In this document: one piece after another, positions 1 to 10,366 of the stretch
How the letters are laid out: every line of letters starts with the position of its first letter
Numbering within the stretch: the first letter of the stretch is position 1
NCBI GenBank assembly: GCA_027064425.1
Contig: JAMOPO010000015.1
Span: 1-64,000 of the forward strand
From: Methanobacteriota archaeon
Lineage (GTDB): Archaea; JAADCQ01; Methanopyri; Methanopyrales; Methanopyraceae
Length of the DNA: 64,000 bases
Direction of reading: 5' to 3'
Notes under the pieces: generated by a model
What the model saw: the letters and a program-made list of their open reading frames with translations, nothing else
Told to the model about the DNA's origin: nothing
The model's database searches: none
Position numbers and translations under genes: made by a program

Positions 1-707
1 CAGGCGGGGAGCAGCTCCGGCCGCGTCGTCGCGATCGTGACGGACCCGTCCCCGTCCGCGAGCGGGAACTCAATGTAGTTGAGGTAGGTCTCGCGGGTGA
101 CGTACTCCACCTCGGCGAAGGCGATGGCCGTCTCGCACCGCGGGCACCAGTTGACCGGGTGCTCCTCCCGGTACGCGTAGCCCTTCTCCAGCAGCTCGAG
201 GAAGCCGTACTGGCTCCGGCGGATGTAGTCCGGGTCCATCGTCACGTAGGAGCCGAGCTCGCGCAGCTCCTCGTTCTCGAAGTCGATGCAGTCCGTCCAC
301 CAGTCGATCGAGCAGCCGAGCTGGATCAGCTGCTCCCTCATCCTCTTGATGTTCTTGAGCGTGAGCTCCTCGCACAGCTTCCGGAACTCGTCCCGCGGCA
401 CGTCCCGCTTCGTGATCCCGTGCATCTCCTCCACCTTAACCTCGGTCGGGAGCCCGTGGCAGTCCCAGCCCTGCGGGAAGAAGACGTCGTACCCGCGCAT
501 CCGCTTGTACCGGGCCACCACGTCCATGTAGGTCCAGTTGAGCACGTGGCCCATGTGCAGCTCGCCCGTGGGGTACGGAGGCGGCGTGTCGATCACGTAC
601 GGCGGCCGCTCCTTGCCGCCCCGGAACTTGTACTCCTTGTTCTTCAGCCACCGCTCCCGCCACTTCGGCTCGATCTTGGACGGGTCGTAATCCTCCAACC
701 CTCGCAC
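1..707 (-). CDS. valS: Valyl-tRNA synthetase, 5' part (runs off window start)
   Basis: Manual translation of the minus strand: [10 protein letters not shown]...[16 protein letters not shown] (HIGH motif), [34 protein letters not shown]. Start GTG 707 or TTG 698. Confidence 0.95.
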   Translation of the reverse strand, partial: MRGLEDYDPSKIEPKWRERWLKNKEYKFRGGKERPPYVIDTPPPYPTGELHMGHVLNWTYMDVVARYKRMRGYDVFFPQGWDCHGLPTEVKVEEMHGITKRDVPRDEFRKLCEELTLKNIKRMREQLIQLGCSIDWWTDCIDFENEELRELGSYVTMDPDYIRRSQYGFLELLEKGYAYREEHPVNWCPRCETAIAFAEVEYVTRETYLNYIEFPLADGDGSVTIATTRPELLPA

Positions 708-732
708 CCCCACCGCCGCCGGCACCCTCAGC

Positions 733-740
733 TTAAATAT
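733..740. promoter_or_regulatory. TATA-like element in the divergent valS / DUF1614 spacer
   Basis: TTAAATAT, an AT island in GC-rich DNA between divergent genes. Confidence 0.5.
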
Positions 741-783
741 CCCGAGCCCGTACCGCACCCGCTCCGAGCGCGGGGGGAAGGGC

Positions 784-1494
784 TTGAACGGCCGGGTCCT
801 CCACTACCCCTCCTCCCGCGTATTCATGGTTTTGATGGCTCTCTGGCTGCTGATCTCGTTCCTCCTGACCTCTCTGTACCTATTCAGCATCCCCGGGTTC
901 TTCAGGGCCCTGGGCCTCGACCCCAGGACGGCCCTGTTCCTGTCCCTCCTCTCGATCCTGGGCAGCACCGTGAACGTGCCGGTCCACCGCGTTCGCCGGA
1001 CGGTGGTCGTCCGGCACGAGGTCAGCACGTTCTGGGGCATCACCTACCCCGTGCCGCTGAAGTCAACCGAGGAGATCACCATCTCCGTCAACCTCGGTGG
1101 ATGCGTGGTTCCGCTGGCCGTGTCCTGCTACCTCCTCGCCACTCGCCCTCACCTCTGGCTCGAGTACGCCATCGACACCGCCGCGACGACCGTCGTCTCC
1201 TACGCCACCGCCCGCGTGGTTCCGGGGGTGGGGATCGCCGTCCCCTTCTTCCTTCCCGCCGCGGTGGCCGGCGCCACCGCCCTGATGATCGCCGACGGGC
1301 AGGCCGCCAGCGTCGCCTACGTGGCCGGCACGCTCGGGACGCTGATCGGGGCCGACCTGCTCCACCTTCGTCGGGCCGTCCGGTGGGGCAACGCGGCCGT
1401 GCTGAGCATTGGAGGGGCCGGGACCTTCGACGCCATCTTCGTCACCGGGCTCACCGCCGTATGGATCGCCTACGCGCTCTCGCCCGGGGGATGA
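784..1494 (+). CDS. DUF1614-family membrane protein
   Basis: Multiple hydrophobic helices; motifs [34 protein letters not shown]. Confidence 0.85.
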   Translation: MNGRVLHYPSSRVFMVLMALWLLISFLLTSLYLFSIPGFFRALGLDPRTALFLSLLSILGSTVNVPVHRVRRTVVVRHEVSTFWGITYPVPLKSTEEITISVNLGGCVVPLAVSCYLLATRPHLWLEYAIDTAATTVVSYATARVVPGVGIAVPFFLPAAVAGATALMIADGQAASVAYVAGTLGTLIGADLLHLRRAVRWGNAAVLSIGGAGTFDAIFVTGLTAVWIAYALSPGG

Positions 1495-1498
1495 CCCC

Positions 1499-2650
1499 GT
1501 GCGCGTCCGGCGGCACGTGCTGGAGCTTGAGCCCTACACGCCGGGCAAGTCGAAGGAGGAGCTGGCGCGAGAGTACGGCGTCGAGCCGGAGGAGATAGTC
1601 AAGCTGGGATCGAACGAGAACCCGCTGGGCCCCTCACCCAAGGCCGTCGAGGCGGCCAAGCGGGAGCTGGAGAGGCTGCACGAGTACCCGGAGGCGGTCG
1701 CTCCACCCGAGCTCTTAGACGCCATCCGCGAGTACCTGGCCGACCCGCCCTACCCGGCCGGAGAGCCCGTCGACGTCAGCGAGGACCACCTGATCGTGGG
1801 CGGGGACGGGGCGGACGAGATCATCGACCTGCTGGTGCGGGTGACGGTGGACCCGGGTGACGCCGTCCTGACGCTCGCCCCGACGTTCTCGCAGTACGGG
1901 ATCTCCACCCGGGCGGCGGGTGGCGAGGTCCGGCACGCGCCGCTCGACCCGGAGCGCGACTTCCGGCCCGACGAGGACGCGCTGTTCGAGGCGCTGGACG
2001 GCGTGCGGGTAGCCTTCCTGTGCACGCCCAACAACCCGACCGGGAACGCCCTGCCGGAACGGCTCGTGCGCGACGTGATAGAGGAGTGCCCCGGGGTCGT
2101 GCTCATCGACCACGCGTACGTGGAGTTCGCCGACCACGACTACACGCCGCTGGCCCTAGAGTACGACAATGTGCTCGTGCTGCGCACGTGCTCGAAGGCG
2201 CTGGGGCTCGCCGGGGCCCGGGTCGGGTACGCCGTGGCCGACCCCGAGATCATCGAGCACCTCCACCGAGTCAAGCCGGTGTTCAGCCTCACCCGGCCCA
2301 GCGCCGCGGCCGCGAAGGCCGCCCTTCGGGACCGGGAGTACGTGCGGAAGACCGTGAAGCTGGTGCGCGAGGAGCGGGACCGGCTCCTGAGGCGCATCAA
2401 CGGGCTCCCCGGGCTCCGAGCGTACCCGTCCGAGGCGAACTTCCTCTTCGTGGATGTGGGGCCGGCGGGAACGGACGCGCCCACACTCACCGAGGAGCTG
2501 CTTAAGCGGGGAGTGATCATCCGGGACTGCAGCTCCTTCGAGGGGGTCGACGAGCCGAGGTACGTCCGGGTCTCGGTAGGGCTCCCCGAGGAGAACGACC
2601 GGTTCCTCGAGACGGCGAGGGAGGTGCTGGAGTCACTCGAGTCGAGCTAG
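1499..2650 (+). CDS. hisC: Histidinol-phosphate aminotransferase
   Basis: YTPGK, KLGSNENP, PNNPTG, DHAY, RTCSKALGLAGARVGY (PLP lysine); start inferred at GTG 1499. Confidence 0.92.
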   Translation: MRVRRHVLELEPYTPGKSKEELAREYGVEPEEIVKLGSNENPLGPSPKAVEAAKRELERLHEYPEAVAPPELLDAIREYLADPPYPAGEPVDVSEDHLIVGGDGADEIIDLLVRVTVDPGDAVLTLAPTFSQYGISTRAAGGEVRHAPLDPERDFRPDEDALFEALDGVRVAFLCTPNNPTGNALPERLVRDVIEECPGVVLIDHAYVEFADHDYTPLALEYDNVLVLRTCSKALGLAGARVGYAVADPEIIEHLHRVKPVFSLTRPSAAAAKAALRDREYVRKTVKLVREERDRLLRRINGLPGLRAYPSEANFLFVDVGPAGTDAPTLTEELLKRGVIIRDCSSFEGVDEPRYVRVSVGLPEENDRFLETAREVLESLESS

Positions 2651-3460
2651 GAACTCGTCCAGCGGCAGGAAGGACCTGCGCGGCCGGGGCACGCCGGGCT
2701 CCGGGGCGTACCTCAGCCACCTCGGATCGACGTCCTCCCCCAGCTCCTCGAGCGCCCGCTCCAGACTGTCGATCCAGCACGCCGGGAACCGCACGCGGAA
2801 CCCCAGCTCCTCGAACCCCTCCGCCCAGTCAAGCAGCGCTCCAACCAGGTTGTACCGGTCCGGGTTGAGCCCCAGCCGCTCCAGCCGCTTCACCGCGTCA
2901 CCGAACGGGATCAGGGGCTGGACGAACACCTCCTCAGGGTCGCACTCCGCGCTCGCGAGCTCCTCCGGCAGGTCGTCATTAATGCCCGGGAGGAAGAGGG
3001 AGCGGATAACCAGCCCTCCTTCAACTCGTTCTAAGAAGGACCGGGCACGCTCGGCGTCGCCGCCGTGGAGTCGCTCGTAGGTCCCGGGATCGAGCGTATC
3101 CACGCTGACCATGACCAGGTCGCACAGCTCCGAGAGCCTGGCGGCGAGGTCGGGTCGGTAACCGCGCGTCTGAAGGTCGATGCGGTCGAAGGTTCCCGCC
3201 TCTGCGATCAGCTCCAGAATCTCCACCAGGCGCCTGCCCACGGCGGTGGGCTCACCGTACTGGGACACGGTCAGGCAGCCCTCCATCTCACCGTAAAGAC
3301 CCGGGCGGATCCTGACCCCCTCCCTCAGGGCGTGGCGGCAGTAACAGTGCGGGCAGCGGTGCGGGCACTCCGTCGTGAGCTCCAGGGTCGGGTGGTGCTC
3401 GCCCTCCGTGGTGGCCCCGGGACAACCCTCGCAGTGCTGAGAAGCCTTTAACCTGAGCAT
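2633..3460 (-). CDS. Radical SAM protein of unknown function
   Basis: CPHRCPHC (CxxxCxxC), an extra N-terminal CEGC, SQYGEP. Confidence 0.8.
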   Translation of the reverse strand: MLRLKASQHCEGCPGATTEGEHHPTLELTTECPHRCPHCYCRHALREGVRIRPGLYGEMEGCLTVSQYGEPTAVGRRLVEILELIAEAGTFDRIDLQTRGYRPDLAARLSELCDLVMVSVDTLDPGTYERLHGGDAERARSFLERVEGGLVIRSLFLPGINDDLPEELASAECDPEEVFVQPLIPFGDAVKRLERLGLNPDRYNLVGALLDWAEGFEELGFRVRFPACWIDSLERALEELGEDVDPRWLRYAPEPGVPRPRRSFLPLDEFLARLE

Positions 3461-3484
3461 CCTCGGACCCCACCGGGGTGCGAG

Positions 3485-4102
3485 TTGGAGGTCGTCGGCG
3501 TCGGTCCCAACCCAAGGTACTTTCTAACCTTGGAGGCGCTGAGGAGGATCGAGCGGGCGGACCTGCTCGTGGGGAGCGAGTCGCTGTTCCGAGAGCTGGA
3601 CGGGCTGAAGGTGGAGGTTGAGCTGGACCTGTCCGACAAGGATCTGGTCACGTGGAACGGGTCCGTCCGAAGCGTGCTGGAAGACGTGGCCCCGCGGAAT
3701 CCGGTCGTCCTGGCGCGCGGCGACCCGATGTACATGGGCGTTGGGAAACTGGCGTCCGCGCTGTTCGAGGACGTGGAGGTGGTACCGGGAGTCTCCTCGC
3801 TGCAGGCCCTGCTGGCCAAGTTCGGGCTGGGGTTCCACGAGGTGGAGAGCCACGTGAACCTGCACAGCCGCCGAGAGATCAAGAAGGTGGTCGAGGAGGT
3901 CCGCGCGGGGCGCACCACCGCCGTCCTCTTCGGCAAGGTCCGCCCGGCGGAGCTCGTCGACGAGCTGGAGCGCTCGGGCGTGGAGGTGGAGGTTCTGGCG
4001 GGTGAGCGGCTCTGGTACGAGGACGAGCGGCTGGTCCGCGACCTGGAAGACCTCCGGGATCTTTCCCACTTCACCGTAGCGGTGCTAAAGCGAAAAGACT
4101 AG
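3485..4102 (+). CDS. cbiE: Cobalt-precorrin-7 / precorrin-6Y C5-methyltransferase
   Basis: VVGVGP, LARGDPMYMGVG, VVPGVSSLQ, GERLWYEDE. Confidence 0.85.
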   Translation: MEVVGVGPNPRYFLTLEALRRIERADLLVGSESLFRELDGLKVEVELDLSDKDLVTWNGSVRSVLEDVAPRNPVVLARGDPMYMGVGKLASALFEDVEVVPGVSSLQALLAKFGLGFHEVESHVNLHSRREIKKVVEEVRAGRTTAVLFGKVRPAELVDELERSGVEVEVLAGERLWYEDERLVRDLEDLRDLSHFTVAVLKRKD

Positions 4103-4178
4103 TTCACCGTGGTGTCCGACGAAATTAACCTCCCGTGCAGCACGGCTCACGACGCGGCCGCTCGGGGGCCCCGCATCG

Positions 4179-5696
4179 TTGCCCGAGGTCGTGCTAACGA
4201 TGGATCGAACGCTGGCGAGCAACTACCACGGCGGCATGTTCATGGGGTTCAGCGCCTGCGTGCCCAAAGGGATCATCCCGGACTGGCTGTACTTCACGGT
4301 CTTCTGCCCCAGCGTGGACTACGACAAGGAGACGGGGGAGGTCGAGGAGGCCCCGCTCGGTGTGCGGAGGATCGAGGCGCAGCTGCGCAGGGAAGGGTAC
4401 GACGTGATCGTGGCGCACCCGGACGCGGTTGAGCGGGCGGTGGACGAGGACACCATCGCCGTGGGCGTCTCGGAGATCGACCCGCAGGGAATGGGGCCGG
4501 CCACGACCACCTTCACGTCCTTCTCCGGGAAGCCCGCGTACATGAAGATTTGCTTTGAGGAGCTGATGCGGCGCATCCGGCGGCTCAAGCGGGAGTACGA
4601 CTTCGGCGTGTTCATGGGCGGCCCGGGCGTTTGGCAGGTGGAGGATCGGTTTCCAGAGTTCGGCGTCGACTTCCTGATCAAGGGCGAGGGAGAGTACGTC
4701 GTGGGCGACGTCGTGCGGCGGATTGAAGATGGCGACCGCGGCCCAGAGGTAGTGAAGGGGCGCCCCGTTGACCCTGAGGACATCCCGACCCTGGTCAACC
4801 CGACGATCAACGGGATCGTGGAGGTCGCGCGCGGCTGCGGGCGAGGGTGTAAGTTCTGCAGTCCCGATATGCGAGAGCTCCGGAGCTTCCCGCTGAGTAA
4901 AATCCTGAAGGACGTGGAGACGATCGTCCGGAGCGGGAAGAGCAAGGTGTTGCTGCACGCGGAGGACGTGCTGCGGTACAAGGCGGATGGCGTACGCCCC
5001 AACGTGGACGCCGTGATCGAGCTGTTCTCGACCGTCGCCGAGCATCCCGGGGTCGAGGACGTCAGCGTGAGCCACGTAGCCCTCTCCACGGTGTGCCTGT
5101 TCGACGAGCGTATGGGCGAGCTCTCGGACATCATTGGGGTGGGTACGAGGGTCCCCTGGGTGGGCGTGCAGGTGGGGGTCGAGACGGGCAGCCCGCGCCT
5201 GATGGCCGAGCACATGCCGGGTAAGGTGGCCCCGTTCAAGGTGGAGGAGTGGCCGGACGTGGTTGAGCAGGCGTTCGGGATACTGAACGACCACGGCTGG
5301 GTGCCGTGCGGCACGCTGATCCTGGGGCTCCCGGGCGAGACCGAGGACGACGTGATGAAGACCGCCGAGCTGCTCGACCGGCTGCGGGATTACAAGAGCT
5401 TCATCGTGCCGCTGTTCTTCGTCCCGATCGGCGACTCCCGGCTGAGCGACCACGAGTTCTTCACCGCGGATAAGCTGACGGAGGCTCACTGGGAGGTGAT
5501 CTTGCGGTGCGTTGACCACGACCTGAAGTGGCTCCCGACGCTGTACGGCGAGTACGCTCGAGCGGTGGGCCACAGCCCGCTGATCAAGCTGGTCATTCGA
5601 CTGCTAGCGTGGTACGGCCGCAGGAAGCTGCTCAAGTCGGCCCTCAAGCACTGCCCGAACGAGGAGCTGGTGTACTCGATTCTGGGGTCCGGGTAG
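4179..5696 (+). CDS. B12-binding-domain radical SAM protein (archaeal family)
   Basis: EVARGCGRGCKFC, GVETGS, N-terminal APLGVRRIEA/GGPG region. Confidence 0.85.
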   Translation: MPEVVLTMDRTLASNYHGGMFMGFSACVPKGIIPDWLYFTVFCPSVDYDKETGEVEEAPLGVRRIEAQLRREGYDVIVAHPDAVERAVDEDTIAVGVSEIDPQGMGPATTTFTSFSGKPAYMKICFEELMRRIRRLKREYDFGVFMGGPGVWQVEDRFPEFGVDFLIKGEGEYVVGDVVRRIEDGDRGPEVVKGRPVDPEDIPTLVNPTINGIVEVARGCGRGCKFCSPDMRELRSFPLSKILKDVETIVRSGKSKVLLHAEDVLRYKADGVRPNVDAVIELFSTVAEHPGVEDVSVSHVALSTVCLFDERMGELSDIIGVGTRVPWVGVQVGVETGSPRLMAEHMPGKVAPFKVEEWPDVVEQAFGILNDHGWVPCGTLILGLPGETEDDVMKTAELLDRLRDYKSFIVPLFFVPIGDSRLSDHEFFTADKLTEAHWEVILRCVDHDLKWLPTLYGEYARAVGHSPLIKLVIRLLAWYGRRKLLKSALKHCPNEELVYSILGSG

Positions 5697-5698
5697 GC

Positions 5699-6016
5699 TT
5701 GGAGGTGCGGGTTAAGGTGTTCCTGTGCTCCGACGGCCGCCCGGTGATTGGTCCCGGCCGGTACGCCCTGCTCCGGGCCATCGAGAAGGAGGGGACCGTG
5801 AAGGGGGCCGCGAAGCGGCTGGGGTGGTCCTACGAGTACGCCAGGAAGAGCATCCGGGCCATGGAGGAGGCCTTCGGGAGGAAGGTCGTGGAGACCAAGC
5901 GAGGAGGATCTAAGGGAGGTCGAGCGAGGCTCACGGACTTCGGTCGTAGGCTCGTCCGGGAGTACGAGCGCGCGCTGAAGAAGGTGACGGAGCGGGGCGT
6001 CAAGCCGATTCTCTGA
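5699..6016 (+). CDS. ModE-type winged-helix regulator (DNA-binding domain only)
   Basis: IGPGRYALLRAIEKEGTVKGAAKRLGWSY...RGGSKGGRARLT; start TTG 5699. Confidence 0.85.
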   Translation: MEVRVKVFLCSDGRPVIGPGRYALLRAIEKEGTVKGAAKRLGWSYEYARKSIRAMEEAFGRKVVETKRGGSKGGRARLTDFGRRLVREYERALKKVTERGVKPIL

Positions 6017-6827
6017 GCAGGTCCGTCAGCCCCTTCTCCCTCACCAGCCTGTACTCTCCCTCCCTGACCACGGGGCGGTACCGGGCGAGCTCGACGCGGC
6101 GCTCCGTGACGATCTCCTGCAGCCACACCGTGACGGACTCGTCCGAGAACTCGATGACGTTGAAGCAGTTGCGGCTGTACCCGCGTAGCTTCGTGGAGGA
6201 GAACGTGCCGGCGTTCACCACCACCGTGTCCTCCACCTTGGCCGCGAACGGGACGTGCCGGTGCCCGCAGAGCACGACGTCGACGCCGAACCTCAGGCAC
6301 AGGTTCAGCACCTCTCCGGCGTCCACGAGCACGTTCCGCTCCCGGCCCGAGCCGGGAACCGGGATCAAGTGATGGTGCATGGCCAGGCAGATGCAGGCGC
6401 TCTTGGGTATCCGGTCGAGCACCCCCTCCAACCACTCCTGCCGCTCCCGGCCCAGCTGCCCGTAGTCCACGTCCGGCTCGGAGGAATCCGCCCCGATAAT
6501 GTACAACCTCGGTGCCACCTTCTCGACGCGGTATCGGTCCCCGAAAACGTCCTCGAAGACCATCCATCCGAGGTTCCGGGCGTCGTGGTTCCCCGGGACC
6601 GGGACGACGCGGCCCGCCACCCTCTCCAGCTCGTCCAGCAGGGACTGGGCCTCCTCGTACTCCCTGGCGAGCCCGTTGTCCGTGATATCACCCGTGACCA
6701 CGACCACGTCCGGGTTCAGGTCTTCCAGCAGCTCGACGCCCTCCCGGAACGTCCTGGGGTCCCAACTCCTCCGCAGCGGCGACACGTGAAGGTCGGAGAT
6801 GTGCGCGATCACGAACTCCCGGCTCAC
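6000..6827 (-). CDS. Calcineurin-like metallophosphoesterase (Icc/CpdA-like)
   Basis: SDLH, TGDIT, PGNHD, MHHH, CGHRH motifs. Confidence 0.9.
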   Translation of the reverse strand: MSREFVIAHISDLHVSPLRRSWDPRTFREGVELLEDLNPDVVVVTGDITDNGLAREYEEAQSLLDELERVAGRVVPVPGNHDARNLGWMVFEDVFGDRYRVEKVAPRLYIIGADSSEPDVDYGQLGRERQEWLEGVLDRIPKSACICLAMHHHLIPVPGSGRERNVLVDAGEVLNLCLRFGVDVVLCGHRHVPFAAKVEDTVVVNAGTFSSTKLRGYSRNCFNVIEFSDESVTVWLQEIVTERRVELARYRPVVREGEYRLVREKGLTDLLRESA

Positions 6828-6838
6828 CTCCTCACCAC

Positions 6839-7354
6839 CTACTCCTCCTCCCTCCTCGACTTGAGCAGCTTCACGGCCTTAACCGGGTCACCCTTGGCCT
6901 CCTTGAGCGCCTTCCGGGCCTCCTCCTGGGACACGCCCGCCGCCTCGGCGACGGTCTCAACCACGTCCTCGTCCACTGACTCCGCCTCCTCCAGGATCTC
7001 GTCCAGATCCTTCCGGCCCAGCAGGTACTCGGCGAGCTGCTTCTTCCACCACATGTACTCGTTCGGCGTCAGGCCGGCCTGCTCTATCGCAGCGTCCCGG
7101 AGCGGGCACGGCTTGGTGATCTTGCAGCACCAGACGAGGCTGCCGAAACAGGTCTTGTCTCCCGCCTTAAGCGGCGTCTTCTCCGCGAACTCTCGCTTGC
7201 GCTTCACGTACTCGTCGGGGTCCAGCCCGGCCTTCTCCAGCGCCTGGAAGATCGGGCAGGGTTTGACGGGAGGGCAGCAGAAGGCGAGCGCCTCCGGGGG
7301 TCCGCCCCGGCAGACGTGCGAGGGGGCGTCGGGCCAGCCCTCCTCCGGGCCCAA
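6839..7354 (-). CDS. Methanogenesis marker 9 domain protein with C-terminal UBA/EF-Ts-like helical domain
   Basis: APSHVCRGG..ALAFCCPPVKPCP, TCFGSLVWCCKITKPCPLRD; C-terminal VAEAAGVSQEEARKALKEAKGDPVKAV. Confidence 0.8.
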   Translation of the reverse strand: MGPEEGWPDAPSHVCRGGPPEALAFCCPPVKPCPIFQALEKAGLDPDEYVKRKREFAEKTPLKAGDKTCFGSLVWCCKITKPCPLRDAAIEQAGLTPNEYMWWKKQLAEYLLGRKDLDEILEEAESVDEDVVETVAEAAGVSQEEARKALKEAKGDPVKAVKLLKSRREEE

Positions 7355-8962
7355 CTACGAGCCCCCCTCCTCCCGGATCATCTCCTCGCGCTCCTCCGGC
7401 GTCAGCTCGGCCACGATCTCCTCGGGCTTGCCGGTCTTCACGAACTTGCCGTCCCGCATCAGGGAGGCTCGGTCGCACACCATCTCCACGAAGTCCATGT
7501 CGTGGGACACGATGACGAAGGTCTGGTTCATCTCCTTCCTGGCGTTCAGGATGGACTTGGCCACCTTCCGCATGGTCACGGGGTCCATCGTGCCCGTCGG
7601 CTCGTCCAGGATCAGGATCCGCGGCTCGCGGATCAGCACCTGGGCCAGCGCTACTCGGTGCCGCTCACCCTCGGACAGCTGATCCGGGTACCGGTCCAGG
7701 ATCTCCATCGCCCGCTCCTCATCGAAGCCCACGGCCTTGAGCACGTGCACGGCCTTCATTTTCGCCAGCTCGTCCGGCAGCTCGATGCCGATGGCCTTGG
7801 TGAGGTTCTCCAGCACGGTCCGGTGCGGGTAGAGCGTGTACTGCTGGTGCAGCATCCCGATGTACCGCTTCGCTCGACCGCGCTCCTGCTTGTCGGTCAT
7901 GTCCACCCACTCGTCGCCGACCCGGACGTACACCTCGCCGTCCGTGGGCTCCAGCACACCCGCCAGGATCTTCGCCAGCGTGGTCTTGCCCGCGCCGCTC
8001 TTGCCGACGATTCCGTAGATCTCCCCCTCCCGAACCTCGAGCGAGACGCCGTCCACGGCCTTCACGACGCCGCGCTCGATCGAGTAGTAGTGCTTCTTCA
8101 CGTCCTTCGCCCTGATAATCTCCTCACCGACCTCCACCTCCTCCTTCTCGACCTCCTCCACCTGCTCCAGGTACTTGCTCACGACCTCGCTCGGCTCCCC
8201 GAACTCGACGATCTCGCCGTTCTCCAGCCACAGCACCCGGTCGGAGATGTCCTCAATGACCTCCGGCCAGTGGGAGGTGATCACCATCGTGATGCCGGCC
8301 TCCTTCACGCCCTCCCGCAGGGCCTTGTGCACGATCTCGCCCGTCTCGGGGTCCAGCGTGCCCGTGGGCTCGTCCGCCAGGAAGACGATCGGTCGCTTGG
8401 CCAGCTGCCGAATCAGCACGACCCGCTGCTTCTCGCCGCCGCTCAGGTCCCGGGCCAGGTGCGTGACCCGGTGCTCCAGCTCCACCATCTCGATGAGCTC
8501 CACCGCGCGCTCGGCCGCCTCACTCTCTGGGTAACCCGCGTCCAACAGGGCCTCCATCACGTTCTCCAGCACCGTCTGCTCCTCATACAGGGCGAACGTC
8601 CGCTGGAACATGATCGCGATCCGCTTCCGGAACTTGCGGCGCTCCGTGTCCGAGAGTCCCCACAGGTCCACTACCTCCTCCTCCAGCTCGCCCTCGCCGC
8701 ACTTCGGACACACCTCGCCCACAATCTCCGGCCGCTCCGCCCACTCACACTCAGGGCAGCGGGCCACCCGGTACAGGACCCGACCCTCGTCCGGCTCGTA
8801 CTCGTCCAGACCCTTCAGCGTGTGAATGAAGACCGACTTGCCCGCCCCGCTCTCGCCCAAAATGCCCAGCACGTCACCCTCCTCGATCTCTAGCTCCGGA
8901 ATCTCCAGCCTGAACCCCTCGAACTCTTTGACCAAATCCTCCACCCGGATGACCCAGGACAC
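7355..8962 (-). CDS. atwA: Methyl-coenzyme M reductase system component A2 (twin ABC ATPase)
   Basis: Two Walker A motifs ([16 protein letters not shown]), CPEC..CPKC zinc motif, [24 protein letters not shown]. Confidence 0.93.
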   Translation of the reverse strand: MSWVIRVEDLVKEFEGFRLEIPELEIEEGDVLGILGESGAGKSVFIHTLKGLDEYEPDEGRVLYRVARCPECEWAERPEIVGEVCPKCGEGELEEEVVDLWGLSDTERRKFRKRIAIMFQRTFALYEEQTVLENVMEALLDAGYPESEAAERAVELIEMVELEHRVTHLARDLSGGEKQRVVLIRQLAKRPIVFLADEPTGTLDPETGEIVHKALREGVKEAGITMVITSHWPEVIEDISDRVLWLENGEIVEFGEPSEVVSKYLEQVEEVEKEEVEVGEEIIRAKDVKKHYYSIERGVVKAVDGVSLEVREGEIYGIVGKSGAGKTTLAKILAGVLEPTDGEVYVRVGDEWVDMTDKQERGRAKRYIGMLHQQYTLYPHRTVLENLTKAIGIELPDELAKMKAVHVLKAVGFDEERAMEILDRYPDQLSEGERHRVALAQVLIREPRILILDEPTGTMDPVTMRKVAKSILNARKEMNQTFVIVSHDMDFVEMVCDRASLMRDGKFVKTGKPEEIVAELTPEEREEMIREEGGS

Positions 8963-9012
8963 GCCCCGCGTCCCCCGAGCATTAGGTTGACCGAACGCCG
9001 GGGATGGTCTAA

Positions 9013-9717
9013 ATGAAACCGATTAAAGTATGCCCCCGCTGCGGGAAGTACACCGAGGATGACGTGTGCGAGCGCTGCGGGGCCAAGACGAAGGAGTTCC
9101 TGGACGGCCGGCGCCGCCTGGCCCTGAGCAAGCTGCTTTCCGGCATTCTAAGGCACTTTCCCGAGGAGGTGAACGTCAAGCTCGACGAGGAAGGATTCAC
9201 CGACTGCGACGTCCACGAGCTCGCCGAGCGGATCAAAAAGTACTGGAAGAACCGGGAGTACTACCAGTGGCTGACCGGCGAGCACATCATCGCCGTGGCC
9301 GAGACGTGCCCCAAGGGCCGGTTCGAGATCGACGAGAAGGGGCGCATCCGTGCCCGGTACGGTCACTCTCGGCGCCTCAACGTGCGGCCCTCCTTGCCCG
9401 AGGACCGCGAGGTGAAGACGCTGTACCACGGTACGGCCCGGGAGAACCTGCCGTCCATCCGCCGTGAGGGCATCAAGCCCATGGGACGCCGGGCCGTCCA
9501 CCTGACCGACGACGAGCGTGAGGCCCTGCACGTCGCCCTGCGGCACACGCGCGACCCGGTCATCCTCGTGGTGGACGCGGACAAGCTGCGGGAGCGCGGC
9601 CTGGTCCCGCGCAAGGCCGGGAAGCACGTGTACGTGGTCGAAGGGACCGTCCCGCCGGACTGCATCGTCCGCGTGATTCACAACCCGCGCGCCAAGCTCG
9701 GGGGTGGTCGGAGGTAG
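9013..9717 (+). CDS. kptA: RNA 2'-phosphotransferase Tpt1/KptA with N-terminal Zn ribbon
   Basis: [30 protein letters not shown]-x-x-VHLT. Confidence 0.92.
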   Translation: MKPIKVCPRCGKYTEDDVCERCGAKTKEFLDGRRRLALSKLLSGILRHFPEEVNVKLDEEGFTDCDVHELAERIKKYWKNREYYQWLTGEHIIAVAETCPKGRFEIDEKGRIRARYGHSRRLNVRPSLPEDREVKTLYHGTARENLPSIRREGIKPMGRRAVHLTDDEREALHVALRHTRDPVILVVDADKLRERGLVPRKAGKHVYVVEGTVPPDCIVRVIHNPRAKLGGGRR

Positions 9718-9746
9718 AGTGGTTCGAGGCCGGGTCCCGGGAGGAA

Positions 9747-10361
9747 ATGCTCAAGATCCAGCGCCGGGTCGCCGAGCGCGTCAGGCTGGAGCCGCTCGAG
9801 GATCCGCCGGAGCGCGTGGCCGGAGTGGACGTCTCCTACCGCGGTGACCGGTACCGGGCGGCGGCGGTCGTTCTGGACGCCGAAACCTTTGAAGTGCTGG
9901 AGACGAGGACCGCCGAGGGTCGCGTCCGGGTCCCCTACGAGCCCGGATTCTTGGCCTTTCGCGAGGGGCCCGCGGCCCTAAAGGTCCTAAAAGGGCTGGA
10001 CTACGACCTCCTGCTCGTCAACGGTCACGGCATCGCTCACCCGCGCCGGGCCGGGCTGGCCTCCCACCTCGGCGTCGCCCTGGACCGGCCCACGGTGGGC
10101 GTCGCGCGCCGACCCCTCGTGGGCGAGCCCGGGGGCGAGCCCGAGCGGGTGGGAGACGCGGTCCCTCTGGTCCATCGGGGCGAGACGGTCGGTCACTTAG
10201 TTCTCACGCGAGAGGGTTGCAGGCCCGTCGTCGTGAGCCCGGGCCACCGCTGCTCGCACCGCGACGCGATCGAGTGGGTGCTCCGGCTGGTGCGAGGTAG
10301 CAAGTGGCCCGAGCCCCTCAGGTTGGCGGACCAACTGTCCAAACGCTGGAAGAGAGGGTGA
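9747..10361 (+). CDS. nfi: Endonuclease V homologue (catalytic Asp replaced by Asn; start uncertain)
   Basis: AGVDVSY, PYEPGFLAFRE, VNGHGIAHPRRAGLASHLG, VSPGH, PEPLRLAD. Confidence 0.88.
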   Translation: MLKIQRRVAERVRLEPLEDPPERVAGVDVSYRGDRYRAAAVVLDAETFEVLETRTAEGRVRVPYEPGFLAFREGPAALKVLKGLDYDLLLVNGHGIAHPRRAGLASHLGVALDRPTVGVARRPLVGEPGGEPERVGDAVPLVHRGETVGHLVLTREGCRPVVVSPGHRCSHRDAIEWVLRLVRGSKWPEPLRLADQLSKRWKRG

Positions 10362-10366
10362 GCAAC

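Noticed and set aside
8940-9025. GGATGA...CCGA...CCGA pattern in the atwA/kptA spacer
   Set aside because: Box spacing is wrong and there is no C' box or terminal stem; more likely a divergent promoter.
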